Both the position numbers and the translations under genes were made by a program. From the NCBI RefSeq assembly GCF_036971445.1, contig NC_091473.1, positions 181,784,001 to 181,848,000 of the forward strand: a DNA stretch of 64,000 nucleotides, in the 5' to 3' direction. Below the pieces are notes generated by a model that worked only from the letters and a program-made list of their open reading frames with translations, was not told where the DNA came from and ran no database searches. The stretch is from Narcine bancroftii (Eukaryota). Each line of letters opens with the position of its first letter. The stretch's first letter is position 1. Below are positions 24,229-37,092 of the stretch, piece by piece.

Positions 24229-24399
24229 GTACCGTTACTTCCAATAATCAAGCATGTTCACAACATTATTGGCCGACCATTGAATGTTTTTCACCGTCCA
24301 ACACATGAAACAATCCAGCACAGGAACACAACATCTGTGCTATGCACGACGCAAAAAGAAATTTAAATCTCTTGCACATGATTCATGCTCTTCCATCCC

Positions 24400-25450
24400 C
24401 TACATATTCATCTGAAATCCTCTTAAATAGAACAATTGAACTCTCCAGCACAGAAAAAGTTTCTTCGGCCCCTCTATAGTCTGTGCTGAACTATCAATCC
24501 GCTTAGTCCAATGTACCTGCATCCCGGCCATTTCCCTCCATACCCCTCCCATCCATGTACCTGTCTAAAATGTTTCTAAAATGTTAAAATTGAGCCTGCA
24601 TTCACCACTTCAGCTGGGAGTTTGTTCCACACTCTCCCCCCCCCCCCCCCCCATTTTCTGTGTGAAGAGATTCCCCCAAATGTTCCCTATAAACTTTACC
24701 CCTTAACTCATGTCCTTTGGTTTGTATCTCGCCTCCCTCAGTGGAAAAAATATTTACTCTATAATTTTGTTTTTCGAATCTCCCCTCATTCTCCAACACC
24801 CCAAGGAATAAAGTCCTAACCTGTTTAAACTTCACCTGTAACTCAGTTCCTCTTGTCTTGACAACATCCTGGTAAATCTCTCCACTCTTTCTATCTTATT
24901 GAAATCTTTCCTTGAATTCAATGACCAAAACTGCACACGATAACATCCCAACTCCTATACTTAATACTTTGATTTATGAAGCCCAGTGTGCCAAAAGCTC
25001 ACTTCACAGCCTTATCCATCTGTGATGCCACTTTCAGGGAGTTATGTATCTGTGTTCCCAGATCCCTCTGTTCTACCGCACTCCTCAGTGCCCGTCCGTT
25101 TACCGTGTATGTCCTTTTTTGGTTTGTCCTAAAATAAAATCTCTCACATTTGTCTACATTAAACTCCATCTGTCATTTTTCCAGCTGGTCCAGACCCCTC
25201 TATAGAAGGGGTGGCCAACCTTTTAATTTTTAATTTTGAGAGATAACAGCACAGTAACAGGCCATTTCAGCTCACAAGTCCAAGCTGCCTAATTAACCTA
25301 CACCCCTGGTATATACTCGTGGGCTGAGATGGTCATTTACCATGCTGTATGTCTAAATTAAAAGGTTGGCCACCCCAGCTCTGCAGGCTTTGAAAGCCTT
25401 TCTCTCTGTCCACTCAACCTCCAATCTTTGTGTTATTTGCTCCTATCCAA
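24400..25450 (-). mobile_element. CR1-type LINE 3' fragment, antisense
   Basis: Reverse complement of CR1 ORF2 end (ttcaccacttcagctgg...ttccacactc; gaccaaaactgcacac). Confidence 0.7.
25206..25378. mobile_element. hAT-like MITE inserted in CR1
   Basis: ~21-bp TIR ggggtggccaaccttttaatt (25208) / aattaaaaggttggccacccc (to 25376); imperfect 8-bp TSD ctctatag / ctctgcag. Confidence 0.7.
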
Positions 25451-25657
25451 TCTGCATCCACCTGTCAATTAAAAGGAGATGTTGATGTAACTCAGAGCCC
25501 CTTCATGTCAGGTTTCAACCCTACCATTTCTGCCCATGATGCTGCATGACCCACTGAGTCCCTCCAGCAGCACATTGTCTGTGCAAGATTCCAGCGCCTG
25601 CACCATTTATATCTCCTCAATCGATCCCTACCCTTTTAACACCCTCAACAATCTGAG

Positions 25658-27940
25658 AGAAATCAGTACAGCACAGGAACAGACCCTTCAATCAGCCTCA
25701 CTGATTGTTGTCCGTGGGACATGAGGAAGGGGGCAGCAAGGAGGGCGGGAAGGAGTGAGGGGAGTGGCGGGGGTGTAGCAGAGGGGAGAGGAAGAATGAG
25801 GGGCAATGAGGAGTGAGGGGAGCACCGGGGGGGGGGAGGAGGGACGGTGAAGAGGGAGGGGCGGTGAGGAGGGAAGAGTAGCAGGGAGGGAAGGGATGGT
25901 GACAGGGAGGGAGGTGATGAGGGAGCAGATAGCAATGAGGGAGGGGCAGCAAGGAGGGGGAGAGTTAAGTAGGGAGGGATTGGCGAGGAACAGGGAGGGG
26001 CAGTGAATAGAGAGGAGCAGAGTGAAGGAGTGCAAAGTAGGGAGAGGCTAGCATCGAGGAGGAAGGGATGGCAAGTAGGTAGCTCCACACTGTGGGAGGG
26101 ATGGTGAGGAGAGAGGGGCCGGTGTGTGGGAAGGGGCGTGAGGAGTGAAGATGTGCTGCAAAAGTGATACTGGTATGGAAGGGGTAACAGTGGGAAAGTG
26201 CTGTCCCAGTGAGACCCCACCTCCTACCTATTGTGAGCAGAGGAGGTTCGCTGCTCACCCAGCCTTGCTGAAACAGATTGTCGTCCGTCCACTGGGTGAT
26301 GTCCTTCACCGTTTTGGGGCGCCCTGGTGTGAGATGAGCCCTGACTGGGTGTTTCTCTGTACCAGGGAAGCCAATGAAAGGCTGGTGTCCATCGGCTGTC
26401 CTGGATAACGAGGAAGTAGGTGCCCAGCAGGACCTGGTCAGCCCTTCTGTGGAGCAGAGTGAGTAACCACCTCCCCTTGCCCCACCCCCGGATCCTGAAG
26501 GCAGAGGAGGGGCATTTCAGTCGAGGGACGACCCAGAGTTTCATTTAAGTTGTTTTGACACAATAAATGTTGAATCATTCATTTGTCATGTGAACTGAAA
26601 TGCATTAACCAGCTTTGTATTATGATCTATCCAGCCATGTCAAGTCGACCAGTGGAAATATAAGAAATAGGAACAGGAGAAGGCCATCTGACCTGTTGAG
26701 CCTGCTCTGTGATCCCATGAGACCACAGTTGATTTGGCCATGGACTCAGCCCCACTGAGCCGCCCGTTCCACATTCGAAGGCAGAATGCAATAGGAGGAC
26801 GCGAGCAGTCGGGACGACCTGAGAGATACGCAGTTCACACAGTCCCAGTGAATCTTTCCTGCCCCCTTTATAGCTCAGTGATGTCCTTCCTACGACCAGG
26901 AGGCCAGAACTGTGCACAATACCCCTGAGTGCGGTCTCACCAACAATTTGTGAAGTGGTTAATCAAACTGAATTCTGTCCCAAGCTTCATGTGAAACCTG
27001 GAAGTGGCCAGAATGCAGTGTTAACGGGAGGACTGAGCAGTGTGGATGAATTGAGAGAGATCTTGGGTCACTCAAATTGGCTACACAGAGTTGTTCAGAA
27101 GGCGTATGGTATGTGGTCCTTCGTTATCTGTGGGATCGTGTTCAAGAGCCGTGAGATATGTTGCATGAAAATAAATCCGTAATTAGACCCCATTTCGAAT
27201 ATTGCTCTCAGTTCTGGTCACGTCGCAATAGAAAGGATGTGGATGCTTCAGAGGAGATTTAAATTTTAAATTTAAATTTGGACATAACAGCACAGTAACA
27301 GGCCCTTTCGGCCCAGGAACCCGCACCACCCAATTATGCCCAATTGACCTACAACCCCCATATGTTTTGAACAATGGGAGGAATCTATAGCATCTGGAGT
27401 AAACCCACATTGGGACAATGTACAAGCTCGCTACAGACAGCACCGGATTTGAACCTGGGTCACAGGCGCTGTAACTGGCCCCTCTCTCCTCACCATGCCT
27501 CCCACAGTGTGGAGCTACCTACTTGCCATCCCTTCCTCCTCGATGCTAGCATCTCCCTACTTTCCACTCCTTCACTCTGCCCCTCTCTATTCACTGCCCC
27601 TCCCTGATCCTCGCCAATCCCTCCCTACTTAAGACTCTCTCCCTCCTCGCTGCCCCTCCCTCATTGCTATCTGCTCCCTCATCACCTCCCTCCCTGTCAC
27701 CATCCCTTCCCTCCCTGCTACTCTTCCCTCCTCACCGCCCCTCCCTCTTCACCGTCCCTCCTTCCCCCCCTGGCGCTCCCCTCACTCCTCATCACCCCTC
27801 ATTCTTCCTCTCCCCTCTGCTACACCCCTGCCACTCCCCTCACTCCTTCCCGCCCTCCTTGCTGCCCCCTTCCTCATGTCCCATGGACAACAATCAGTGA
27901 GGCTGATTGAAGGGTCTGTTCCTGTGCTGTACTGATTTCT
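25658..27940. repeat. ~460-bp inverted repeat (25658-26120 and 27477-27940)
   Basis: Arms are reverse complements with scattered substitutions; see mirrored ORFs 25663..26220(-) and 27374..27607/27664..27900(+). Confidence 0.95.
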
Positions 27941-29149
27941 ACTACGCTAAACCATCCTGCTCATTTACAGGGATACTTCCTGGATTGGAGAGCACACCTC
28001 ATGAGGATAGGCTGAGTGAACTTGGTCTTTTCTCCTGTAGTGATGAAGGATGAGGGATGTCCTGATAGAGGTGGACAAGACGATGAGAGGCATTGATCAT
28101 GTGAACAGCTTTTTCCCTCAGTCTGAAATGGCCAACATGAGGGGGCATTGTTTTAAGATACTTGGGAGTAAGTACAGGGGCAATCTCCTTTACACAGAGA
28201 GGGGTGGGTGCTTGGAATGCACTGCTGACAATGGAGGTTGAGGCAGGGACAATAGGGTCTTTTAGGAGACTATTAGATAGGTCCATGGAACTGAGAACAA
28301 TGGAGGGTTAAGCACTGGGGAAATTCGAGGCAGTTGTTTGAGTCAGTTATTGGGTGGACGTGATGTTAGACCAATGGGCCTGTATTATGCTGTAGATTTC
28401 TATGTTGTATGGATGTTAAGCCTTAATACCCCTGCTATGTCGAAATCTGTGTCTTAACCACATTTAATGAGGCAGCCTCCACTCTTTGCTTGGGCAGAGA
28501 ATTCCATAGATTCACTGGTCTCAACCTAAAATGACAGAAGGAGAAGAGAATGAAAAGAACTGACTCAGTGGAATTTTTTGTTTGTTTTTATTGAGTGACA
28601 ACATTGTTTGAGGGGTTTATTGTATCCTATTTTCTGAACTTTAAATGAATGGGAGGGGAGGTAGGGAGGGAGGGAGGGGAGGTGGGGGGGGGGGAAGAAA
28701 ACGACACTGTATATGTTCAAGAGGGAAAATGTATGTATCTTGATCAATGTGGTTTATAGTGTGAAAATTTTTAAAAAAATTAAAAAAAAAGAGGACAAGA
28801 AGAGGTCCCGAAGGCCCTTGGATACTGAAAACATCCTGATCGTGTTAGAGGTTTGGATCTGGAGCTTGGGTTGCCAGTGGATTGAACGAGTCTGTGCAGC
28901 TACAGAAAATGCAGGAGTGTTGGAGGCAAATCCACGGACACTGTGTCTCCGAAGGGAGTATTTTGCTTCTCTTTCTCTTGTACTCTAAAGGGCACTGGGC
29001 AACATTAATGGTGACTCTTTGTCTGCCTTACAGCAGGCAGAAAGCAATTTCAAGTAATATTACATGACAATAAAGGAATGAAATCTTGAAGAAGCACTTC
29101 TTGCACATCCCCATCCTAATCTGGATTGAGTCCAAATCCATTAATTTCT

Positions 29150-29520
29150 CAAGGTTGCTGTGCAGGTTGATGGGATAGTTAAGAAGGCTTGGGGTACGCT
29201 GGCCTTCATTAGTCGGGGGATTGAGTTCAAGATCTGTGAAGTAATATTGCAGCTCTATAAAATTCTGGTTAGACCACACTTGGAATGTTGTGTTCAGTTC
29301 TGGTTGCCTCATTACAGGAAAGATGTGGAAGCTGTGGAGAGGTTGCAGAGGAGATTCACCAGGACGCTGCCTGGATTGGAGAACGTGGTTAATGAGGCAA
29401 GGTGCTCAGAGCTGGTACTTTTCTCTTTGGAGTGAAGAAAGATGAGAGGTGACTGAATCAAGGTTTACAAAATTATGAGAGACTTGAATAGGTTGGACAG
29501 CCACCACCTATTTCCATGGG
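29150..29520 (+). mobile_element. CR1-type LINE ORF2 fragment
   Basis: ORF 29160..29435 LYKILVRPHLECCVQFWLPHYRKD. Confidence 0.85.
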
Positions 29521-31249
29521 TGATATGAAGGGAGAGGAAGGGAGGTTTCAGCAAGAGGTGTGGATGGAGGCGGAAGGAGGTTTCAGTGGGAAGTGTTGAC
29601 AGTGTGAATGGAGGGAGGTGTTGACGGAGATGATGGAGGGAAGTGAAGTTTGCATGATGTTCCATCTGCCTTCAATACCTCCATGGCCTTTCTCGATCTG
29701 GAGCACTGTTTAAAAGAAAGTGCAGAGGCATCCTCTTTTACCAATGAGAAGCCCATTCAAATGTCTGAAAGCAGTAGGAAAGGAGCTGTTCTTCCCCTCT
29801 CCCCTTCTGAGGGACGGAGGAGCAAGCAAACAGGGGGGACATTCTATTGTTTCAGCAGCTCACCTCTGGATGACGTGAACTACAGGCAGATCGAGTAAGA
29901 GTGGCTAGCTGCACTGTTCTCTCGCCGTCCCAGTCCTGCACCCCCAGCTTGAGTGCTGACCGGAAAGTGTGAAGAACGGGAGGGGGGGTGCGGGGTTGAG
30001 GGATCCGATCATGATCACAGTAAGTCTCACAGTCAGCAGGGCAGAGAATACAGCTCCCATCCTTGCAATAGGATGTCTTCCCGGAGATGAAAGAAAATTG
30101 GCCTTGGGCATGGGGAGAGCTTGCTCTACGGACTCCGTGGCCATTGATCCACTGGGCAGCCTCACATCTACTGCTTTCTCCTCGCCGCGAAGAAACTTGG
30201 AGCACAACGCCCAATTTCACCATGGCGAGTAGTTGCCTACCCAAGCTCGTCTAGTTTGCCTGCGTTCAGCCCCTCTACATCCAAATCCATGACCATTCCC
30301 ACCTCCTCCACCCACAGAACCCACCATCCCTTTGTGTGGGAAAAAAATTGTCCCATGCGATCCCTTTTAAATCTCTACCCTCTCACCTTCATCCTTCTAC
30401 TTTTAGGCTTATCTCCCTCGGAGGGGGATAAGACTGTGATCGTCCACCTTGTCCATGACCTTTGTGGTTTTATAAACCTCTACAAGGTTCTACGCTCCAG
30501 AGAGAAAAGACCCAGCCTAGCCAGCCTCCCCTGATAAGAAATTCAGAAGTGAGAGCAGAGATCAGCCATCCAGATTGGAGAGATTTTTACACAGTAGGGG
30601 AATTAAGGGATATGGGGAAGGTCGGTGGAGATGAGCCTCTCACCAGATCTCATTGAGTGGCAGAGCAGGCTTGATGGGCCGAATGGCTTACTCCTGCTCC
30701 TATTTCTTAGGTTCTTATCCAGCCAGTCAAATCCGCCTGAAAATAATGGAGGACATCTGTGTACACAGAGGGTAGTGGGACTGAGGGATGAGGAAGTGGG
30801 AGATACATGGACAGTGATTGGGTGATGGGCATCTCTCTAAAATTCTGGTGAGACCACACGGAGTATTGTGCAGTTCTGGTCACCTCATTACAGGAAGGGT
30901 ATGAAGAGCTATGGAGAGGGGGCAGAGGAGATTCACCAGGATGTTGCCTGGATTGGAGAACGTGCCTCATGAGGCAAGGTTAGCAGAGCTGGTGGCTTTT
31001 CTCTTTGGAGCGAAGAAGAGAGGATGATTATAAGGGTTGAGGTCTGGGCTTGATGTTCCACTCACCCAGGGAAAGTGCACACATAATACATCGCCTCCTT
31101 TCTTGGTGTAGTGACCACTGTGTGGGCACTGTCTGGCTTGACAGGCAGAAGATCTCTACAAATGGCCTCTCCAACATTACTGCGTCCATAGTAACACCTT
31201 CTTATGCTGTTCTGCATTTTCACTGAGTTTGCTACGTCATGGCGCAACT

Positions 31250-31490
31250 GAGTACCCGGTGGTATAACTGGACGGGTAGGCTGGGCTCATTAACCTTGGT
31301 CGGCAGTCAACCTAAGAGAAGGAAAACTCTTCGTTCCAAAACCGGCAGCTGGGGCTCATTAGCCTTGTAGGCCATCCATCTAGGAGCAGGACACTCCAAT
31401 GTAACACCCAAGACCCGAGGACCTGCTGTCACCACCCCAGCATGCTAGACCATGGCACATAAGCCCCGGGTGTAAAGGGTTGGGCCAATA
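31250..31490 (+). mobile_element. RTE-like 5' UTR fragment with an internally duplicated motif
   Basis: ctgggctcattaaccttg...ctaagagaaggaaaactc repeated as ctggggctcattagccttg...ctaggagcaggacactc; recalled similarity to RTE leaders. Confidence 0.45.
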
Positions 31491-32379
31491 CTACACACAT
31501 TGCATTCTTCGTTTGCAAAGTCAAGCTATAACTAACAAGTAAGATTCTGAGAGGCATAGATAGGGTGGACAAGCCAGCACCTTTTTCCCAGGGTGGGAGG
31601 GCAAAATCAGAGGAGATCTGTATAAGATGAGAGGAGGAAACTGTAGGGGAGATTTTTTTAAACAGAGAGTGGTGGGTGTCTGGAATGTGTGGCCGGGGGT
31701 GGTGGTGGTGGTGGAAGCTGGTACTATAGGGACATTTAAAAGACATCGATAGGTTATGGGAGGGAAGGGTTAGATTGTTAACTAGGTTTATATGGGTTGG
31801 CACAACATCATGGGCCGAAGGGCCTGTACTGTAATGTTCAATGAGCCTGCTCCGCTATTCAGCTGATTTAATTGAGGACACCTCCATTTATAACCCAAGC
31901 TCTCCAGTCCTGATGAATCTTCCCTGCCCTCACATTCCAACTCAGTGATGTCCTTCCTGCAGCTGGGTGACTGGAACTGCCTGTGATGCTATGAGTGCAG
32001 TCCCACCCACAGTGACTCCTGGACCCAGTACCCTGTCTGACGAAGGTAAGTGCGGCCAAGAGCTGGAATTTCCCGGGCTTGTCTGCTTTAAACATGGGGG
32101 CCCTCGAGGGTGGATGGTTCGTACAGAAAATTGCTGGGGAAACTTGGCAGGTCCTGCAGCATTCACAGGAGGTAAAGATATATACGCGTGTAGTAGCTGA
32201 TACCTAATATAAATCGACACCCCTATCTTAGACCTAGCTGCCTGCCCACTGGAGCTCCTAACATCCCAACTGCCATCTCTTGCCCCAAAAAGCACAGATA
32301 CTGTGCATGTAATAGTCATTATTTAACCCAAAAAAATTGGTTCACAAAATTCAACTACAGGTATTACATGCGTATATCC

Positions 32380-33445
32380 AGTAACCAACCTTTTGGGCCT
32401 GAGGTGCAAGCTAAAAGCAGACAAGAGTCTGAATAGAAAGGCTGGGGGGGAGGAACACAGGCCAACATAGGTGGACATGGATACGACGGCAGGAGAGGAA
32501 AGGTGAAAATTGATTGGGGTGAGAGGTGGCTTGTGAATGTAGAGCTGGGGGAAAGGAACAGGAAAGTAGAGATTTGGGGTGGGGGGGGGAGAGATTATAG
32601 GAACTGGAAAAGTCAATGTTAATGCCAGTGGGAGGGTGCCCACGTGGAAGATGAGGTTCCTCCGATTTGCAGATTTTTTTTGTGTTGAATATTTTATTTA
32701 CATTTTTTCCCGTACTTGAAATTAATAAACTTTCAAATGAATATTGATTGAATTTAAAATTACAATGATGGCATGCTGGTTTTACCCCTCCTCTCCCTCC
32801 CACTCAGAAATTGTACAAAGAAAAAAGATGGTTATATAAAATATAGAAAACAAAGAGAAAGTTTCCTGAATTGCATGAGGGGTTGGTTCGCACACTGGGA
32901 TGTATTTATACAACCATTTTAGGGAAGCAGATTATCCCAAGTCTTAAGATGATGGTAGTACATTTTTACATATTTACCTCGAAACCTTGCATATACAGGC
33001 TCCAATTTGCGGTCAATCTCAGTCTGGGAGTGCATGAGACCGTAGATAAACATATCAGCAAGGGAATGGGACGGGGAATTGAAATGGGTGGCCGCTGGAT
33101 CCACGCTATTGCAGTGGACAGAATGTGTCTCAATTAAGTGATCTCCCAGTCTGTGCCCAGTCTCTGATGTAGAGGAGACCACAACGGGAGCAGTGGATGA
33201 CCCCTGATGATTCATAAGTGAAATGTTGCCCTGTTCAGGGCCTCGAATGGCGGTGAGGGAGGAGGTGCAGGGGGAACATCTCCTGTGGACAGGGGCTAGG
33301 GGTCGATTAGCAGGGAGGGAGAGGTGGATGAGGAAGGCGGAGACATGTCTGGTGGTGGGTGTGATGGAGATGCAGAGAGGCTGCTTTACTCCGTGGTGTG
33401 GAGAAAGGGGGCGGTTCAGTCAGGGAAACCTCATTCTGGACCGAA
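32380..33445 (-). mobile_element. Penelope-like retroelement fragments with an intervening AT-rich LINE tail
   Basis: Minus-strand ETGHRLGDHLIE...ATHFNSPSHS..M.IYGL (GIY-YIG end), HLPRGHPPTGINIDFS. Confidence 0.7.
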
Positions 33446-36400
33446 GTAATGACCTGGCCATCTCTCACTGGTACCTCGATGCCTGTAGGTTCCTGGAGAA
33501 GCAGCAGGCAGTGACCACAGGTAGCTTGGACGGTTTCCAAAACTGGTAAGTAACCCTCAAGTTACATTCTGGAATCTGTCTTTATGGGAAAAAGATGAAA
33601 ATATATAGATTAGGTTATTTATAAAACAAAAAACAAAGAAAATTGATGGCTTGGTGACAAAACTGAAAAAACAAGTTCAAATACAGTTTATGGCTACTTT
33701 CGCACCATCCCATCACAAACTCCCGGGGTCAGACACATGTGAAGTTCCCTCCCCACTGTCCCATCACACACTCCTGGGGTCAGACACAGAGTGAAGCTCT
33801 CTCCACACCATCCCATCAAATGTTAAATGTGGACCAGAGCAGCTTGAAGCTGTCTTTCACAGGAGTACAAATCCCAAATCTGGAGCAGGGGTGTGCAGTT
33901 TTGAGATTCCATCTGCGGACAATGGAGACGAGGCACAAACTGTGCTTGCCCGGTTGGAAGGGGTGCTTGGTTGTTGCCTGTTCCCCTTCCTCTTAACCTC
34001 CTCCAATTAAGGGTTTGGAGGCCAGGCATGAAGCAACCAGGAAGGTGCAGGGTTAACATCGAACCAGTTCCGCTTTTCATTCTCTCTTGTTTGCAAACTG
34101 GGTTAGTGGTTCCTCAGCTGCTACTTCCGATGAGACACAAGCTGCGTTGATCGAGGTTGAGACTGAGGGCGGAAGGCTCCACTGTTCCGCGGGTTCACCC
34201 CCTAAATTTGGAGAACGGGTCTGGGGGAGCTGCCATGGGGTTCTAAGGTGAGAGGTAAAGGTCAGTGCGGAGAGGGGAGTGGAAGCCAAGATTCACTCTG
34301 GCACAGAGGGCTGATCTGGGAGGTGCGGGGTGGATTTGCCGGGATGTTCGTGGCTGAGATTAACTCACAATGCACTTAGCACAGGTCTCCCTCCTTACCT
34401 CCTCATGGACCCTCCCGAAGCCTGACGCTCCATCCTCATAGATCCCCCACAGCAAAGGCGCTCCCTCCTTCCCGACTCACAGCACCATCATTCCTCCCAC
34501 TGTGCAGCATGCCTTCCTTGCCATACCCTCCCTCCTCACTAACCCTCTCACAGCACGGCACTCCCTCACCGATCATTCCGCAGCGTGGCGCTCCCTTCTC
34601 ACCGACCCTCCTCGCCAACACTCCCACAGCACAGCGCTCCCTCCTCACCGTCTCCTCCCTTTTCAGAACCCTCTCCTGGCGTCCCCTCCCTCCTCGCATC
34701 TCCTCCCTCCTCAGAACTCTCCTTCCTCACTAACTCACAGTGCAACGCTCCCTCCCTCTTCACCTTCCCTCCCCAGAATACCCCTATGTCTGTTGGGATT
34801 CCCCTCTCCCCCCATTGACCATTAATCTCATTCTCTTTGGGTGCTGGGGAGAGGGGTTTCACTCCCTCAAGTCCTGCAGAGCTGCAACCTCCCTCAGGTG
34901 AACAGCACATTGGACGGGGGCACCAGGAGCTCGACTTCTCCCTTTTCACCGTAACCTAGTGAAATCTCACACTGCAGTTATTCACAAGCCCCCATCCCTG
35001 CATCACTTCCTGTATAGCCACACAGTTCCTGCTGAATAATACTGCATGACTGCCTTCCCCTACCACCCCCCCCCCCCCAATCTCCCCGAATGACAGGGGA
35101 AGGCCTGCCTGGGGGAAGGGGGGTGAAGAGAGAGAAATGAAGAAAGAAGAAGCCTCCTTTCCTTTGCCCTGACCTCAGATGGTTTAAATCCTTGGGCCTC
35201 TCCCCAGCCCATTTCCTGGACTGCCCTGGAGCAGGATGTGGCGGTCCTAAGGTGATGGTTCTGGGGAGGGGAAACCACACCCACAGCAAGATCCCAAAGG
35301 TAGGAGGTTAGATGAGTATTGGCTGCCCAGTGGTTCGGTGGGAACACTCATCGAGAAGGGTTGGTCAAGGTGTTCCTGTTCCCCCCTCACTACCCCCTGA
35401 CTTCCCCCCTCACTACCCCCTGACTTCCCCCCTCCTTTGCCACCACTCCTCCCTCCCTCACTGCAACCCCCCCCCCTCCTCGCTGCATATTTCCATTTGC
35501 CAGAACGATGTTATGTCAAAACTGATGCTACGAAAAGGTGTTGGAACTTCATTCTTCACCTCGGCCCCACATTGCTAGGTCCTTCCCTATCCTCAGTTGA
35601 AATCTTCAGTAATACAGAGCTTTGGTGAGACCACAAGTAGAGCACTTGTGCATGGTTATCAGTCTCCTCATCTGGGGAAGAATATGCCACTAGCAGTTCA
35701 AAGAGCAGAGAGATGGCAGATGGCAATTAATCTGAGCTCGGGTACCTGGAGAGGTCATATGTCTGGGGAACATCTGACAGTTATCAGGAAGACTGACTCC
35801 TAATTAAATGGTGTGACCAGAAGCAGGTGATTCAGCCCATCAAACCTGCCCTCACATTCAATCATGAGCTGACCCATTCTCCTAGGCCAAAATCCAAGCT
35901 ATAATTTGACACAGGTAGGGGGGCAGGTGAGAATTGATCAGGGGAAGGGAGTGGCAACTGCAAATGCATTCATGTGTCCGTCTAAGAGTCTCTTAAATGT
36001 CCTATTGTGCAAGCCTCCAGCATCACCCTCGGCAATGCATTCCAGGCACCCACCACTCAGTGTTGAAAAAAATCTGACCGCTGATGTCTCCCCTGAATTT
36101 TCCTCCCCTCACCTTGTACATTTATCCTCTAGTATTTGCTACTCTTGCCCTTAGGGTAAAAATGCGAGCTGCCTACCCTATTTAAGCCTCCCATAATCTT
36201 GCAAGTTGCCTCTCATCCTTTGCTCCAAGGAAAAAACCCCCAAGCTCTGATAACCTTGCCTCATACAATGATCAACTGGGTAGATCTCCTCTTCACCCTC
36301 TCTAAAGCCTCCACGTCCTCTCCGTAGTGAGGTGACCTGAACTCAGCAAGTGGATCTAGCCAAGGGCTTGTATAGCTGCAATACTAGCTCACGGCTCTTG

Positions 36401-37092
36401 AATTCGTCCCCACGGTTAAAGAAGGCCAACACACCTTCCTAACACCACTATCAACCTGTGCACCAGCTGTGAGTGACCCCAAGATCTCTCAGTTCATCCA
36501 CACTGCTCAGAGCCCTCCCGTTAACATTGTGTTCTGCTTGAAAACATGAATGGGGTCCCAACCCATACACAGACAATACACACTACAAGTGGTTTCAGTA
36601 GTCTTACTGCCCTTGAGAAGAAGCTGAACCTGAGCCTGGTGGTTCTGGCTCTGATGCCATAAGACATGGGAGCAGAAAGGCCCTCAACCCATTACCCATT
36701 TAATCATGAGCTGATCCATTCTCCCACTGCCCCGACCATCTCCTGATAATCTTTGATGCCCTGGCTGATCAAGAACCTGTCAATCTCGGCCTTAAATACA
36801 CCCAATGACCCAGCCTCCATAACCGCTTATGGCAGCAAATTCCACAGATCCGCCGCCCTCTGGCTGAAGAAATTCCTCCACATCTCAGTTCTAAGCGGAC
36901 ACCCTTCAATCCTGAAGTTGTCCTGGACTCTCCTACCGTGGGGGAACAACCTTTCTCCGTTGACTCTGTCCACACCTTTCAACGTTCAAAATGTATACCA
37001 TAGTCCCCGAGTTATACCCTCTCACAGATATCACACTCCACCCCTTTCCCTTCCATCCACCTGCTTGAGTATAAGCCTCTTTTTTTGTTCTG

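Noticed and set aside
29852-30244. 130-aa minus-strand ORF as HSPB6 or another gene
   Set aside because: No alpha-crystallin or other recognisable motif and no supporting exon chain.
31070-31260. HDV-like ribozyme upstream of the RTE-like leader
   Set aside because: I could not identify the nested double-pseudoknot pairings by eye; it needs a descriptor search.
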